Positions 10,538 to 21,727 of a DNA stretch of 21,904 nt are shown here, one piece after another. Origin of the DNA: Octopus sinensis (lineage: Eukaryota); contig NW_021823621.1 of NCBI RefSeq assembly GCF_006345805.1, forward strand, positions 1-21,904, written 5' to 3'. The position numbers were made by a program, and so were the translations under genes. The notes below the pieces were generated by a model. It was not told the origin of the DNA. It made no database searches and saw nothing but the letters and a program-made list of their open reading frames with translations. Each line of letters begins with the position of its first letter. Position 1 is the first letter of the stretch.

Positions 10538-10583
<46 letters not shown>

Positions 10584-10584
<1 letters not shown>

Positions 10585-10977
10585 CAGGTCATCCCATAAG
10601 TTCTGTCCGATTTTACGTTTTTTTAAAATTGAATGAAATTTAATAGTATTTTAGAGTGTCTAATGAAATTAGAATTATTTTTATGCATTTGTGTGCATTT
10701 AAACTAATTAAATATTATTTTACAGAATAACAGAATTAAAATTTCTTTGATTAAAACCCTTTCTAACATCGAAGTATCCAAAGAGCATTTGAGGCACATA
10801 ATGCTAGCGACACGAAACATTGATGGGATTAAAAAGCTTGTAAATAGATGGAAGAAATTCACAGATAATCAGAGAAAGTATATTGATGATTAAATTTCAA
10901 TTAAATATAACATTTGATCACTTGTCTTCTTTATTCAAAATTCGGATAGAACTGCCGTGTGCAACCTAGCAACCTAG
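10584..10977 (+). mobile_element. Internally deleted mariner (Tc1/mariner) element
   Basis: The left TIR tcaggtcatcccataagttctgtccgatttt matches rc of aaaattcggatagaact...caacctag, with TA at both flanks. 10768-10893 translates IEVSKEHLRHIML-ATRNI-DGIKKLVNRWKKFTDNQRKYIDD*, i.e. a mariner transposase N-terminus fused to the GI..L..RW.K.....G.Y C-terminus. Confidence 0.88.
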
Positions 10978-11417
10978 TACTGAACGGAACGAAACTGAGA
11001 ATAGAGTAGATATATGTATCGAATATACCCAAAGTATTGGATTCTGTATATCACATGATATTGGAATTACTTACAACGCATTTTCAAAATCTATAATAAA
11101 TATATATTTTATGTTTTATATATGTATATGTTCGTTATAGCAGACACACACACGCACGCGCACACACACATACATTCTCTCTCTCACGCACTAGACATCT
11201 CTCTTCGTTCTTACCTACATTTTTCTCTGCTCTTTTCTTTAAATCCGCCATCTTTGCTTTTGCTTACCTGCCTACCACAACATCCCCCACATTTATCTAT
11301 TATCCAAAAATTGTCCATTTTTCCAGTTATGTATCAATCGGTCATTTGAGTACAGTTTTGCGAAATAATCATTAATTACCACAAGAGAAGCGTCAACACC
11401 AGTGTCCTTGCATTAGT

Positions 11418-11443
11418 AATATATATATACCATACATATATAC

Positions 11444-11493
<50 letters not shown>

Positions 11494-11611
11494 ATATATT
11501 ATATACACATACATACACATACATACCTATATTTAATTTTTTTGTATATATATATATACATACACCATACATATATATGTTACATTTGTATTATGTATAT
11601 ATATATATATA

Positions 11612-11671
<60 letters not shown>

Positions 11672-11945
11672 ACGCACATACATATATATACGTACACACA
11701 CACATACATACATACATACATACATACACACACACACCCATATATATACATATTTATATATATGTTAATAATATAGCTACTTAAAGATATTTGCCTCGAG
11801 CTGTTTTTTATTCATTTAGTCTACATACTATAAAAAGTTATGGATGTATATGTATGTGTACCTATCTGTCTCTCTCTGTCTCTCATATATATATATATAT
11901 GCTTTCACACGCATTTACGCACTGTAGACGTGATGCATCTCAATA

Positions 11946-11978
<33 letters not shown>

Positions 11979-12172
11979 AAACCCTCCACACACACGTTAT
12001 ATATATATTATATATATATATATATATACCTATATTTGCAGTTATGCGTAATTGTATATGCGCACACAGGTATATATATATACATATGTATACATACATA
12101 CACACACACTCACTTACAACAACACACATGCACATATACGTATGTATGTATGTATGTATGTATGTATATATT
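11418..12172. repeat. Extended (TA)n/(CATA)n/(TATG)n compound microsatellite region
   Basis: Read directly. Confidence 0.85.
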
Positions 12173-12957
12173 GATATAACTTAATTCTTCTCAGATCACA
12201 TACATGTTAATCTCGTTGTTACCGCTACAGACAAAACAATTAGAAGAACAGACACAATTTATGATGGATTTTCCACGACGACCATTCACTTTCTGTATAC
12301 ATCTTGATAGTTGTTGTCGAAATTTGCTTGCTATGTTAATATAAGAGGCTTTCAAAGTTTGCCCGTGCAAAGGGTTTCTCGAGATTTGCTCTATACGGTC
12401 ACTGGACAATAGAAGCCAGTGAAGGTATGTGTGCAGGAGGTCTTCACCTGCAAGAAATACTAAGGCAATTTCCTCAGCTACCATTGCCTGTCTTGAAAAT
12501 AGAACGACGCATTAACCAGTGTAGTGTTAAACATATACAAAAACTGGTTGATCGTGGTTGAAATTCCTTCCATCTTAGGTCAATCTGTTTACTCCGCAGC
12601 ATACAACGATGAGATAAGTGTACATGTGTTTCTGAGTAGAATTAATTATTAAATAATCAATTTAATATTTTAATTACTGTTGCTTAGAAATTTGTAAAGT
12701 TTGAGAGTCATTATTTTCTCGGCACACGTACATCTGCAAAGGTTCTCACGCATTTGTACGAGGAATTCACTCCCAATATATAAAGGGCTCATTAAGTTTG
12801 GCTTGATACCCTCCTTTGCTTTTGAAGACAGCAAAGGGGGAGGGTGCTTCGAGTGCGTTTTGGTGAGTAATTCGTCCATGTTGAGAGCCTGTGTTGTGAA
12901 GAAGGCACCACCCCCGTTTGTTCGCCAGCCGATTGTTTAATTATCCATCTGTCTGTT

Positions 12958-12958
12958 C

Positions 12959-13030
<72 letters not shown>
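12958..13030. repeat. (ATCT)n microsatellite
   Basis: Read directly. Confidence 0.97.
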
Positions 13031-13145
13031 CGTTCATTTGAGTACACACATCTTTGCAAAACAATCAATGCACACCACATCGTTTAGACATTTCCCATAG
13101 GATTTTCCAAATTCAACAGACACACGCGCAGACACATACATACAG

Positions 13146-13339
13146 ATGTATGTATGTATGTATGTATGTATGTATGTATGTATGTATGTATGTATGTATG
13201 TATGCATGTATGTATGTATGTATGTATGTATGTATGTATGTATGTATGTATGTATGTATGTATGTATGTATGTATGCATGCATGTATGTATGTATGTATG
13301 TATGTATGTATGTATGTATGTATGTATGTATGTATGTAT
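13146..13339. repeat. (ATGT)n microsatellite
   Basis: Read directly; occasional ATGC variant units. Confidence 0.98.
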
Positions 13340-13457
13340 TGAGCTAGGAAAATCCAATGAAGAATCTTAAACGGTGTAGCATGTATCGATTATTTTACAA
13401 TCTGTGTACTCGAGTGAACGATTTATGCATACACACAGAGGCACAGAGGCACATACT

Positions 13458-13494
<37 letters not shown>

Positions 13495-13547
13495 GTATCT
13501 ATATATACATATATATGTGTGTGTATGTATGTATGTACGTACGTAGG

Positions 13548-13584
<37 letters not shown>

Positions 13585-13622
13585 TTGTATTAACTTAATT
13601 CTACTCTGATCGTATAAATTTT

Positions 13623-13635
13623 CGCCCTCTGGTGG
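13623..13635 (-). promoter_or_regulatory. Candidate CTCF-binding core motif
   Basis: Minus strand CCACCAGAGGGCG fits the bilaterian CTCF core CCASYAGRKGGCR at all positions. It sits in a CpG-containing unique island. Motif match only. Confidence 0.4.
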
Positions 13636-13876
13636 TGCGGCTCGACATGAAAGAAACCAATTGAAGTTGAAATAATTCCTGCAATTCGAAGGAAGACATG
13701 CCAACCAATCGCCGTATTTTTATCCAACCGCCGCAACCACGACCATCCACAGATGAAAGCAAACTTTTCCAAGATATATAGTGGTAAACTTTAAACACTA
13801 CATCGATACTAGAGCGTGAGTACACATATACATATGCATGTATGTGCGTATGTACGTATATAATATGTATGTATAT

Positions 13877-13971
<95 letters not shown>

Positions 13972-14249
13972 GTTTATGTATGTATGTTAGTATGTTTTCT
14001 TTCTTTGAGATTTATTTAAGTTCATCGCAGAATTCAAGACGGCCAAAAGTGACAAGTCTTCCTCCTTTGTGTGAGAGTTCCAGGGATCCAGGGATTGGCA
14101 ATTATATGAATTAATACGACCGCATATGTGTGTGTGTACGTGTGCACATACTTGAAGTCGTGTAATGGGCTTGCATGTCTCTTAAGTATACGTGTGTTTG
14201 TGTGTGTATGTATGTGTGTGTGTGTGTGTGACTATTTTTACGTATATGT

Positions 14250-15020
14250 ATGTGTATGCCATTTGCATATATGTAGTTGTCTGTTTAATCATGCTCGATG
14301 CAGGAAACTCAAATAGGTAGTCTTTTGAATGTGCTGCAAATCCTCACTGCGTCACAAATAAACTGGATTTGGAGGGTGCGAGCCAGTTTGTTTAGTCCTG
14401 TCTTCGGAAACTCCTGCCATAACAATCATTTGTGGAAATCTGTTGTTACAAAAGCTCAATGCAATTACGACAATGGGTACAAAAGATACAAGAGCTGTGA
14501 GGTTGGCATTAGTTCGCCATAGATGTTGACTGTTTTTCCATACACTTCTACGATATATTCACATTCACTGAGTGGTTGACCTCTTTAATAGTGCAAAGCT
14601 TTTGTCTTCCGTTCCATAGAACAATATCACGGTCAAACACAATATCAGTATTGTGTTTATACAATGTGGTGAAAACGCAATATCAATATTGTTTGCACCG
14701 GATTACTGTTATTGTTAGAATGTTCGACCAATATATTTTTTCTTTTGTTTTCAAATGAATGGGTTACATTCTGGTTCTGATGTGCTTTTATATCACTGTT
14801 TAGACAAATTCTTCCTGCGGATAACATTGCAAATAGTTGTAGCAACATTGCCATGTCTGATACGAAAGTAATATCTACTAAACATTTCTGAACAGCTTCT
14901 GAAGATGTAGGCGACATCTTGAACTCTGTAGGGTACAACCATCTTTGCTATCAGACCGTGACACTTGCTGACATCCTTACTTCTTTAATTGGTTCCGTAG
15001 CATATAGGTACCGTATTTAC
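14250..15020 (-). pseudogene. Decayed 3' end of an RLE-type (R2/NeSL/R4-group) non-LTR retrotransposon: zinc-knuckle relic and RLE domain
   Basis: Joined minus frames give RVQDVAYIFRSCSEMFSRYYFRIRHGNVATTICNVIRRKN / KIYWSNILTITVIRCKQ / DRDIVLWNGRQKLCTIKEVNHSVNVNI / NIYGELMPTSQLLY / VPIVVIAL / FPKTGLNKLARTLQIQFICDAVRICSTFKRLPI*. This follows the H...C, RH(D/N), (P)DIV.W, E, Y..L, P.v.gal order of RLE LINEs, with many stops and frameshifts. Confidence 0.8.
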
Positions 15021-15115
15021 ACGCGTATAACTCACTATTAAATATAATTGGTTTTAGCTGAAAAATCTCAGGTGTAGCTTATACACATGACAAAACCAAA
15101 ACTATGAAAGAACAT

Positions 15116-15766
15116 CTAACTTTTTAGCATTTAAACCGGTCATATGAGGCCTAAAAATATTCTACCTGCATTACATTGAAACCGACGGAATCTAACTTAT
15201 CACACCTGTTCTATAATGCCTTTCTAAAAATAGTAGCTTGCTTACGAACCACATGGTTCCGGGTTCAGTCCCACTACGTGGCACTTTGGGCAAGTATCTT
15301 CTACTATAGCCTCGGGCCGACCAAAGCCTTGTGAGTAGATTTGGTAGACGGAAACTGAAAGAAGCCCGTCGTATGTATGTATATATATATATATATATAT
15401 ATATCTATATATATATATATATATATATATCTATGTATGTGTGTGTATATGTTTGTGTGTCTATGTTTGTCCCCCCCCCCAACATCGCTTGACAACCGAT
15501 GCTGGTGTGTTTACGTCCCCGTCTCTTTGCGGTTCGGCAAAAGAGACTGATAGAATAAGTACTTGGCTTACAAAGAATAAGTCCTGAGATCGATTTGCTC
15601 GACTAAAGGCGGTGCTCCAGCATGGCCACAGTCAAACGACTGAAACAAGTAAAAGAGTAACCACATCGCTGAAATCCAAAGCTACAAAATAATGCATAAA
15701 TAATTCAAAACAACGTGAATAAATAAGCACCATATTGGACAAAGTAATTTGAATTATAAGGGTTAA
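15116..15766. mobile_element. piggyBac-like MITE (TTAA-type ends) interrupted by a SINE
   Basis: The right end is ...taagggTTAA (15757-15766) and the degenerate left end is CTAActttttagcatt (15116-). The two halves (15116-15231 and 15661-15766) flank the SINE. It resembles a common octopus TTAACCCTTTAGCATT repeat from memory. Confidence 0.55.
15232..15660 (+). mobile_element. SINE family A, slightly 5'-truncated
   Basis: B box ggttcagtccc, CORE-like cactttgggcaagt, internal (TA)n(TG)n and an aaacaagtaaaagagtaa tail. It lacks the first ~23 nt (A box) seen at 21728. Confidence 0.92.
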
Positions 15767-16388
15767 GGGATATTTTGTAGTAACATTTAATACTAAATTA
15801 GAGGTGCGACTTATACATGTATAAAGACGTTATATCCTGTTCTTGTCAAACGAAGGCATATCCGTCAAGATGCTATACTTATTGTAGATCCAAGAGAAGA
15901 TAACTCTCAATGTTTTTAATGTTCTTTTAGCTTCCGGGGTAAGTAGCCGCACACAAGCTTCTACTGAGATGATGATTGCTTCACCTTCAACTTTCTTTTA
16001 AAATAGATCTGTCTACCTACACTTGGATCGTATGGAACGGCTGTACACACAGTGTCGATTCAAGATTTTTTCATCTATTCTCAAAACGTTATGGCCGTAT
16101 GATGTATGCATGTATGCATTATATATGTATGAATGTATCTATGTATATATGTATGTAATTGTGCGTATGTATGTGTGTGTTTATGTATATAGGTATGTAT
16201 GTGCAATAATACATGTATGTATGTGTGCATGTAAACATGTATGAGACTTGATATGTATGTATATATATATATATTTTATTGTATGTAACATGTGTGTTTA
16301 TATATGTGTGTATGCATGTGCAATAATGCGTGTATGCATATGTGTATGTAAATATGTATCTAGCCTTGCTTGAATGTATGTATGTATG

Positions 16389-16711
16389 TCATTATTCATT
16401 TTTATTTCAAGATTTCTTGCCAATAGAAAAAGAGCCGGTTTCTAACCTAGAGCCAAGGCTCCTTCATTGGAATTCCAACATCAACAGGGTATTTTTGTAT
16501 GCATGTATATGTGCATATTTGTATATTTTGTTTTATGTATATATTCTCATTCATATAGTTGAATGCCTAGACATGCTCATGTAAACTTAAATGACAAACT
16601 TCTGGAAAGTTTAACAAATCCAAGACATCCAGTGATGTCATCTTCGATCTGTAGTCTTCGAGTCAGCCTTTTCCCTTTTGATTTTGAGAAGCCTAATTTA
16701 TCAAGATTGGT
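16389..16711 (-). mobile_element. Short 3' fragment (ORF end and 3'UTR) of an RLE-type non-LTR element related to 14250-15020
   Basis: Minus frames give TNLDKLGFSKSKGKRLTRRLQIEDDITG and IC*TFQKFVI*, aligning with FPKTGLNKLARTLQIQ...ICSTFKRLPI* at 14309-14410. The 3'UTR ends in aaataaaaatgaataatga followed by (CATA)n. Confidence 0.75.
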
Positions 16712-16819
16712 ATGTATGTATGTATCTTGCACAGGCATTGCACGATAACAACATTGATTAGGCTTCGTGCAATGGCCATACCCGATAACGAGGGGGCAGC
16801 CACCATGTATGTATGTATG

Positions 16820-16850
<31 letters not shown>

Positions 16851-16883
16851 ATGTATGTATGTATGTAATGTATGTATGTATGT

Positions 16884-17203
16884 AAAAGAGTAATGGGTAA
16901 AGACCCCTTTGGTTATGAATGACAATGGGATGGCACCTAGGAGGTTCCTCTCCAAGGCACAAGTCCGGGCAAGGATGTTTATGGAAGACCAGCAGTCACC
17001 CATGCATACTACTGATGCTATCCGATGGCCGATACAGTTTGGCACCAGTGACGTCGCATCTTATTTCTACAGCTGAGTGAACTGGAGCAACGTGAGATTA
17101 AGTGTCTTGCTCAAGAACACAACACACAGCCCAGTCCAGGAATCAAACTCGCTACCTCATGATTGTGAGCCCGGCGCTCTAACCACTGAGTCATGCGCCT
17201 TCA
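16884..17203 (-). mobile_element. tRNA-derived SINE family C (CORE-like)
   Basis: Minus strand starts tgaaggcgcatgactcagtggttagagcg (A box), then gagtttgattcc (B box), then gtgttcttgagcaagacactt (CORE-like). It is flanked by (TATG)n on both sides. Confidence 0.85.
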
Positions 17204-18111
17204 TCATGTATGTATGTATGTATGTATGTATGTATGTAGTATGTATGTATGTATGTATGTATGTATGTATGTGTGCGCCTGTGTGTATGTATGTATGTAT
17301 GCATCTGTGTATCTATATGTATGTATGCCTGTATATATGAGTGAATACACATGTATGTATGCGCAAATGTATATCTGCCTGACTATATGAGAAAAGAAGA
17401 GAAAAAAGTAAAATGTTTCGCGCTTCGGAACTCTAAGTTACGGCAACATTTCTAAGATTTACAAGATTTTCACGAACACAATCCTTCTGTAACGTGAATT
17501 ATGCACGTATCGTAAATCATACTTTACATAATCGCAATATATTCTATCAGATTCTATCGCATTCTATCGCATTCTTGTAAGATTACGTTATTGTAATGTC
17601 GCAAGATTCATATTATTGAAATTTCGCTAAATCCTTTGTGACGCAATTTGTTGTTTTAAAAAATATAATTTTCTTTATCTATTTGAGTCTTCCATTTTAC
17701 AGAATTATTATTGTATTGATCTAAAGAAATAAACCCATTTCTAAGGGACGAGGTTAAACAACGGATTACTATGTATGCCTTGTGAGTTTTCTCTTAATTG
17801 AACCAATGTCTTTGAGTATTAGTTTAATATATAAATTCTGGTTTTTTTCTTCCCCCACCTACCAGCAGTTTTCCCCACATGCAACGCAAATCGCACACAG
17901 AGACAAACATGAACACACAAAGAGATACAGATACGCATACACACACAAATGCATACCCATATACACATAGGCATTAGAGATACGCATGTACCAACACAAA
18001 TACAATTACAAATAAACAACAATATCTCAACTAATCCTTTATCAAACATACAACATAATCGATCGTTGTTATTAAGAATAAATAAGAAGTTAAGCTCTAA
18101 ACAGGGATTTG

Positions 18112-18251
18112 TGTTGTTGTTGTTGTTATTGTTGTTGTTGTTCTTGTTATTGTCATCAGTGTTATTGTCTTTTCTTTTCAAGTTCTTGCTGATCTTCTTC
18201 TTCCTCTTGTTCTTCTTGCTCTTCTTCTTCTTCTTCTTCTCCTCCTCTTCC

Positions 18252-18287
<36 letters not shown>

Positions 18288-18392
18288 TTCTTCTTCTTCT
18301 TCTTCTTCTTCTTCTTCTTCTTCTTCGACTACTTCTTCTCCTGCTCCTCCTGCTCCTGTCCTGCTCCTGCCCCACCTCCCGCACCTCCTCAT
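18112..18392. repeat. Compound trinucleotide array (TTG)n(TTC)n(ATC)n(TTC)n, then (CTCCTG)-like
   Basis: Read directly; it explains the 252-aa and 155-aa homopolymer ORFs. Confidence 0.95.
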
Positions 18393-18566
18393 CCACACAA
18401 TTTTACTTCTCATTCTATTCCTCTCGTTTTCTCTCCTCTACCTCATTCTCTCCTTGTTTTTTCCTCTTTTTCTTTACGTATCCTCCCCTTCTGTTTACCT
18501 CTTTTACTAATACCACCTGTCTCCCTTCATCTCTATATCACCTCCTTTACAAACTATTACTACTAC

Positions 18567-19200
18567 TTATTTCTTTATTGCCTACAAGGGGCTAAACACA
18601 GAGGAGACAAACAAGGACAGACAAAGAGATTAAGTCGATTATATCGACTCCAATGCGTAAATGGTACTTATTTAATCGACCCTGAAAGGAATGAAAGGCA
18701 AAGTTGACCTCGGCGGAAATTGAACTCAGAACGTAACGGCAGACGAAATACTGCTAAACATTTCGCCCGGCGCGCTAACGTTTCTTATTTCTTTACTACC
18801 CACAAGGGGCTAAACACAGAGGGGACACACATGGACAGACAAACGGATTAAGTCGATTACATCGACCCCAGTGCGTAACTGGTACTTATTTAATCGACCC
18901 AAAAGGATAAAAGGCAAAGTCGACCTCGGCGGAATTTGAACTCAGAACGTAACGGCAGACGAAATACCTATTTCTTTACTACCCACAAAAGGCTAAACAC
19001 AGAGGGGACAAACAAGGACAGACAAAGAGATTAAGTCGATTACATCGACCCCAGTGCGTAATTGGTACTTAATTTATCGACACCGAAATGATGAAAGGCA
19101 AAGTCGACCTCGGCGGAATTTGAGATCAGAACGTAACGGTAGACGAAATACCGCTAAACATTTCGCCCGGCGTGCTAACGTTTCTGCCACCCCTCACCGC
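18567..19200 (-). mobile_element. Tandem trimer of SINE family B
   Basis: Units are 18567-18784, 18785-18968 and 18969-19200, each starting (t)tatttcttta. On minus each has B box gagttcaaattcc (or variant) and the gcctttcatcc..gggtcgat..aagtacca domain. The array is flanked by (TAC)n. Confidence 0.92.
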
Positions 19201-19344
19201 TGCTACTACTACTACTACTACTACTACTTGTTTTCGGCCGTAGTTTATGCTATCGTTTAGTCCCCATGCTACACCTGTTCGAGCAGTTCTATGCTCAAAG
19301 GTGTTCCATTCGTGACCATTCACACCATTTCAAATACCTTAGAA

Positions 19345-19612
19345 CAGTGGTTCCCAAAGCGGGTGGTATTGCCCCCTGGGGGCATATGAAAGTTCCAAGG
19401 GGCGTTGAAGAAAAGTGGGGTGATAATGGGGAGCGATTCATGTAAAAACAACAAAATACCAGGTTCACTAGGTTAAGTTTTATTTGTGAAATATAGTTGC
19501 TTTGAATTTGCTTCAGAAAGGGGTCTATGTGATGGTTAGTTGGGGTGGGGGCACTAGGAATGTGGTCTGGGTGTCAAGGGGGCGGCAGCCCGAAAGAGTT
19601 TGGGAACCACTG
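19345..19612. mobile_element. hAT (Charlie-like) MITE
   Basis: Perfect 14-bp TIRs CAGTGGTTCCCAAA (19345-19358) and TTTGGGAACCACTG (19599-19612). The 8-bp flanks ccttagaa and ctgttcaa match only 4/8, so no clear TSD. Confidence 0.85.
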
Positions 19613-20074
19613 CTGTTCAATGTAACCTTCTCTCTTAAAAGAACAGAGTGTGATTTGAAGTGGATTTGACTATTATTTCTAGCAGGACGAACGGATACCG
19701 AAGAGAGGCTTCTTTATTAGCTCTTTACTATTAATGCTTTGGACACTAGTAGTAACAGCTGCCTTTTATATATTATACTTGAGAAAAGTGCTTCATTTCA
19801 CGTTGATCTAGTCTACTCAGTTGAAAACGAGTACCAGCTGAGTTCTGGTGCAGCACTTACTTCCTCTAGCTGTCACATCCTGGACTTGTAGCTAGGCCGA
19901 AGGATGGAAATGTCGAGACTTCGTCCATGTCTTCTCCTGTCTGCGTAGACACCTGAAACATTTAGTGAAAGTATGGAACATGTTACCAAGCCATACTTGG
20001 TCGCTGGTAACGGCTGCTTTTTTTAAAACACTCATGCACAGACACGCACAGAGAGACAAACACACACACAATCA

Positions 20075-20288
<214 letters not shown>

Positions 20289-20987
20289 TATCTATGCTTA
20301 ACCGGTTTCAAATTTTTTTTGATTTTCAAATGTACGTTATGAGGAATGAGGAACTGTGTCGCAAACTTATCGTTCTCAAAATCGTTTGTTATTATAGAGA
20401 GAATGTGGTTTAGATTGCTATCGGTTAACGTACAGAATGGTTGGTTAAGAATGATCACATGTTGAGGAAAGGGAATTTTCAGTCAGTTTTCCGTTATGTC
20501 TGTGTACTAGGGTCATGTGATAGCATGTCTCATTTGACATTCAGAGCAAAAGCTATGTAAAGTAGAAATCGCATCAGAATTTAGGGCTGTTTTAGCTTTT
20601 CGGTTGTGTCCAGTAGCTTTGTGAAAGTCTGTTAATATATTTAGCCAAGGCGTAGTGACTTTTTTGTGTTATATATACTGCTTTAGTGAATCATTCAGTC
20701 TGTGTTACCAAAATATGATCAAAACGGTTAAAAATGAAATGTTACTTTAAAACTATTTGGAGTGCATAACTGTTAAGAATAACTGCAACTAAAAATTGCT
20801 GAAAAATCTCAAGTGAATAAAAAATAATTATTTGGTTCTTAAATTTTCACAACATCCGTTTAAATATGTTGTATTTACAGAGCAAATATAAATAAATAGA
20901 GGATAGAATGACAGAGAAAGATAGGACTGTATGAACATGTAGGCGTGTGAATAAACACGTGCAAGCATATATATGTGTGCGTGTGTG

Positions 20988-21078
<91 letters not shown>
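20988..21078. repeat. (TATC)n microsatellite
   Basis: Read directly. Confidence 0.97.
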
Positions 21079-21727
21079 ATGTATATACATATCCCTTTTG
21101 ATCGAAAACCTACGCCATCTTTTTTTTTCTCCCCCAAAAGAAAAGCTCTACCTTGTAACTTGTCCCATCTGCGTGCAGCCCTGTGTGGCCAATAAAGAAA
21201 CTTATATACATATAGGTAGATATATATATATTTATACATGCACGCGCACATACGCACGCACACGAACACACACAAACATATATATATATATGGGCTGCGT
21301 CTGCGCAGTAGAATTTGAAAAATTTAGGATGTATAAACAAGAGGCACATAGTTGATCGCCTCGTGTTTATATTTTTAATCTAAGGTATACTTGTTGAGAA
21401 CGATTTCACCTAGTGGGTAAATGTTATTTATTTGCTAAACTAAAATCAGAAACCAATTGGTCCAGGAATCTAGATGGTAAAATGTTTTTATTTTTTCATT
21501 TCGTTCCTGTCGAATTTTATCCCTAATTTTGTGATTATGGAACCTAGCTGTTCTTTCTAGCGTGTTGGACCCCACGAATGAATTCCTTATGTGTTTAAAT
21601 GCACACTGTATTTTATGACTATATATATATATAGTTCCATTTGAAAAATCCACCAGAATGGACGAAAGCGCTAATATATATGATATATAATATAAGTTAT
21701 ATGATGTATAAAAACATGTAATATACA

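Noticed and set aside
12194-12307. DHIHVNLV resembling the gypsy integrase HIDLVGP motif
   Set aside because: The similarity does not extend convincingly beyond about 8 residues.
15931-15938. Possible 8-nt microexon (ttcttttAG|cttccggg|GTAAGT)
   Set aside because: It is not a multiple of 3, has no supporting gene context, and is plausible by chance in AT-rich DNA.
17949-18707. Longest ORF (252 aa, hydrophobic, membrane-protein-like) and the antisense poly-E/D/K ORFs
   Set aside because: They are translations of (TTG)/(TTC)/(ATC) microsatellites running into a SINE; there is no real domain.
18567-19200. CRISPR-like or satellite array
   Set aside because: The units are ~200-bp SINE copies with no unique spacers, in a eukaryotic context with no cas genes.
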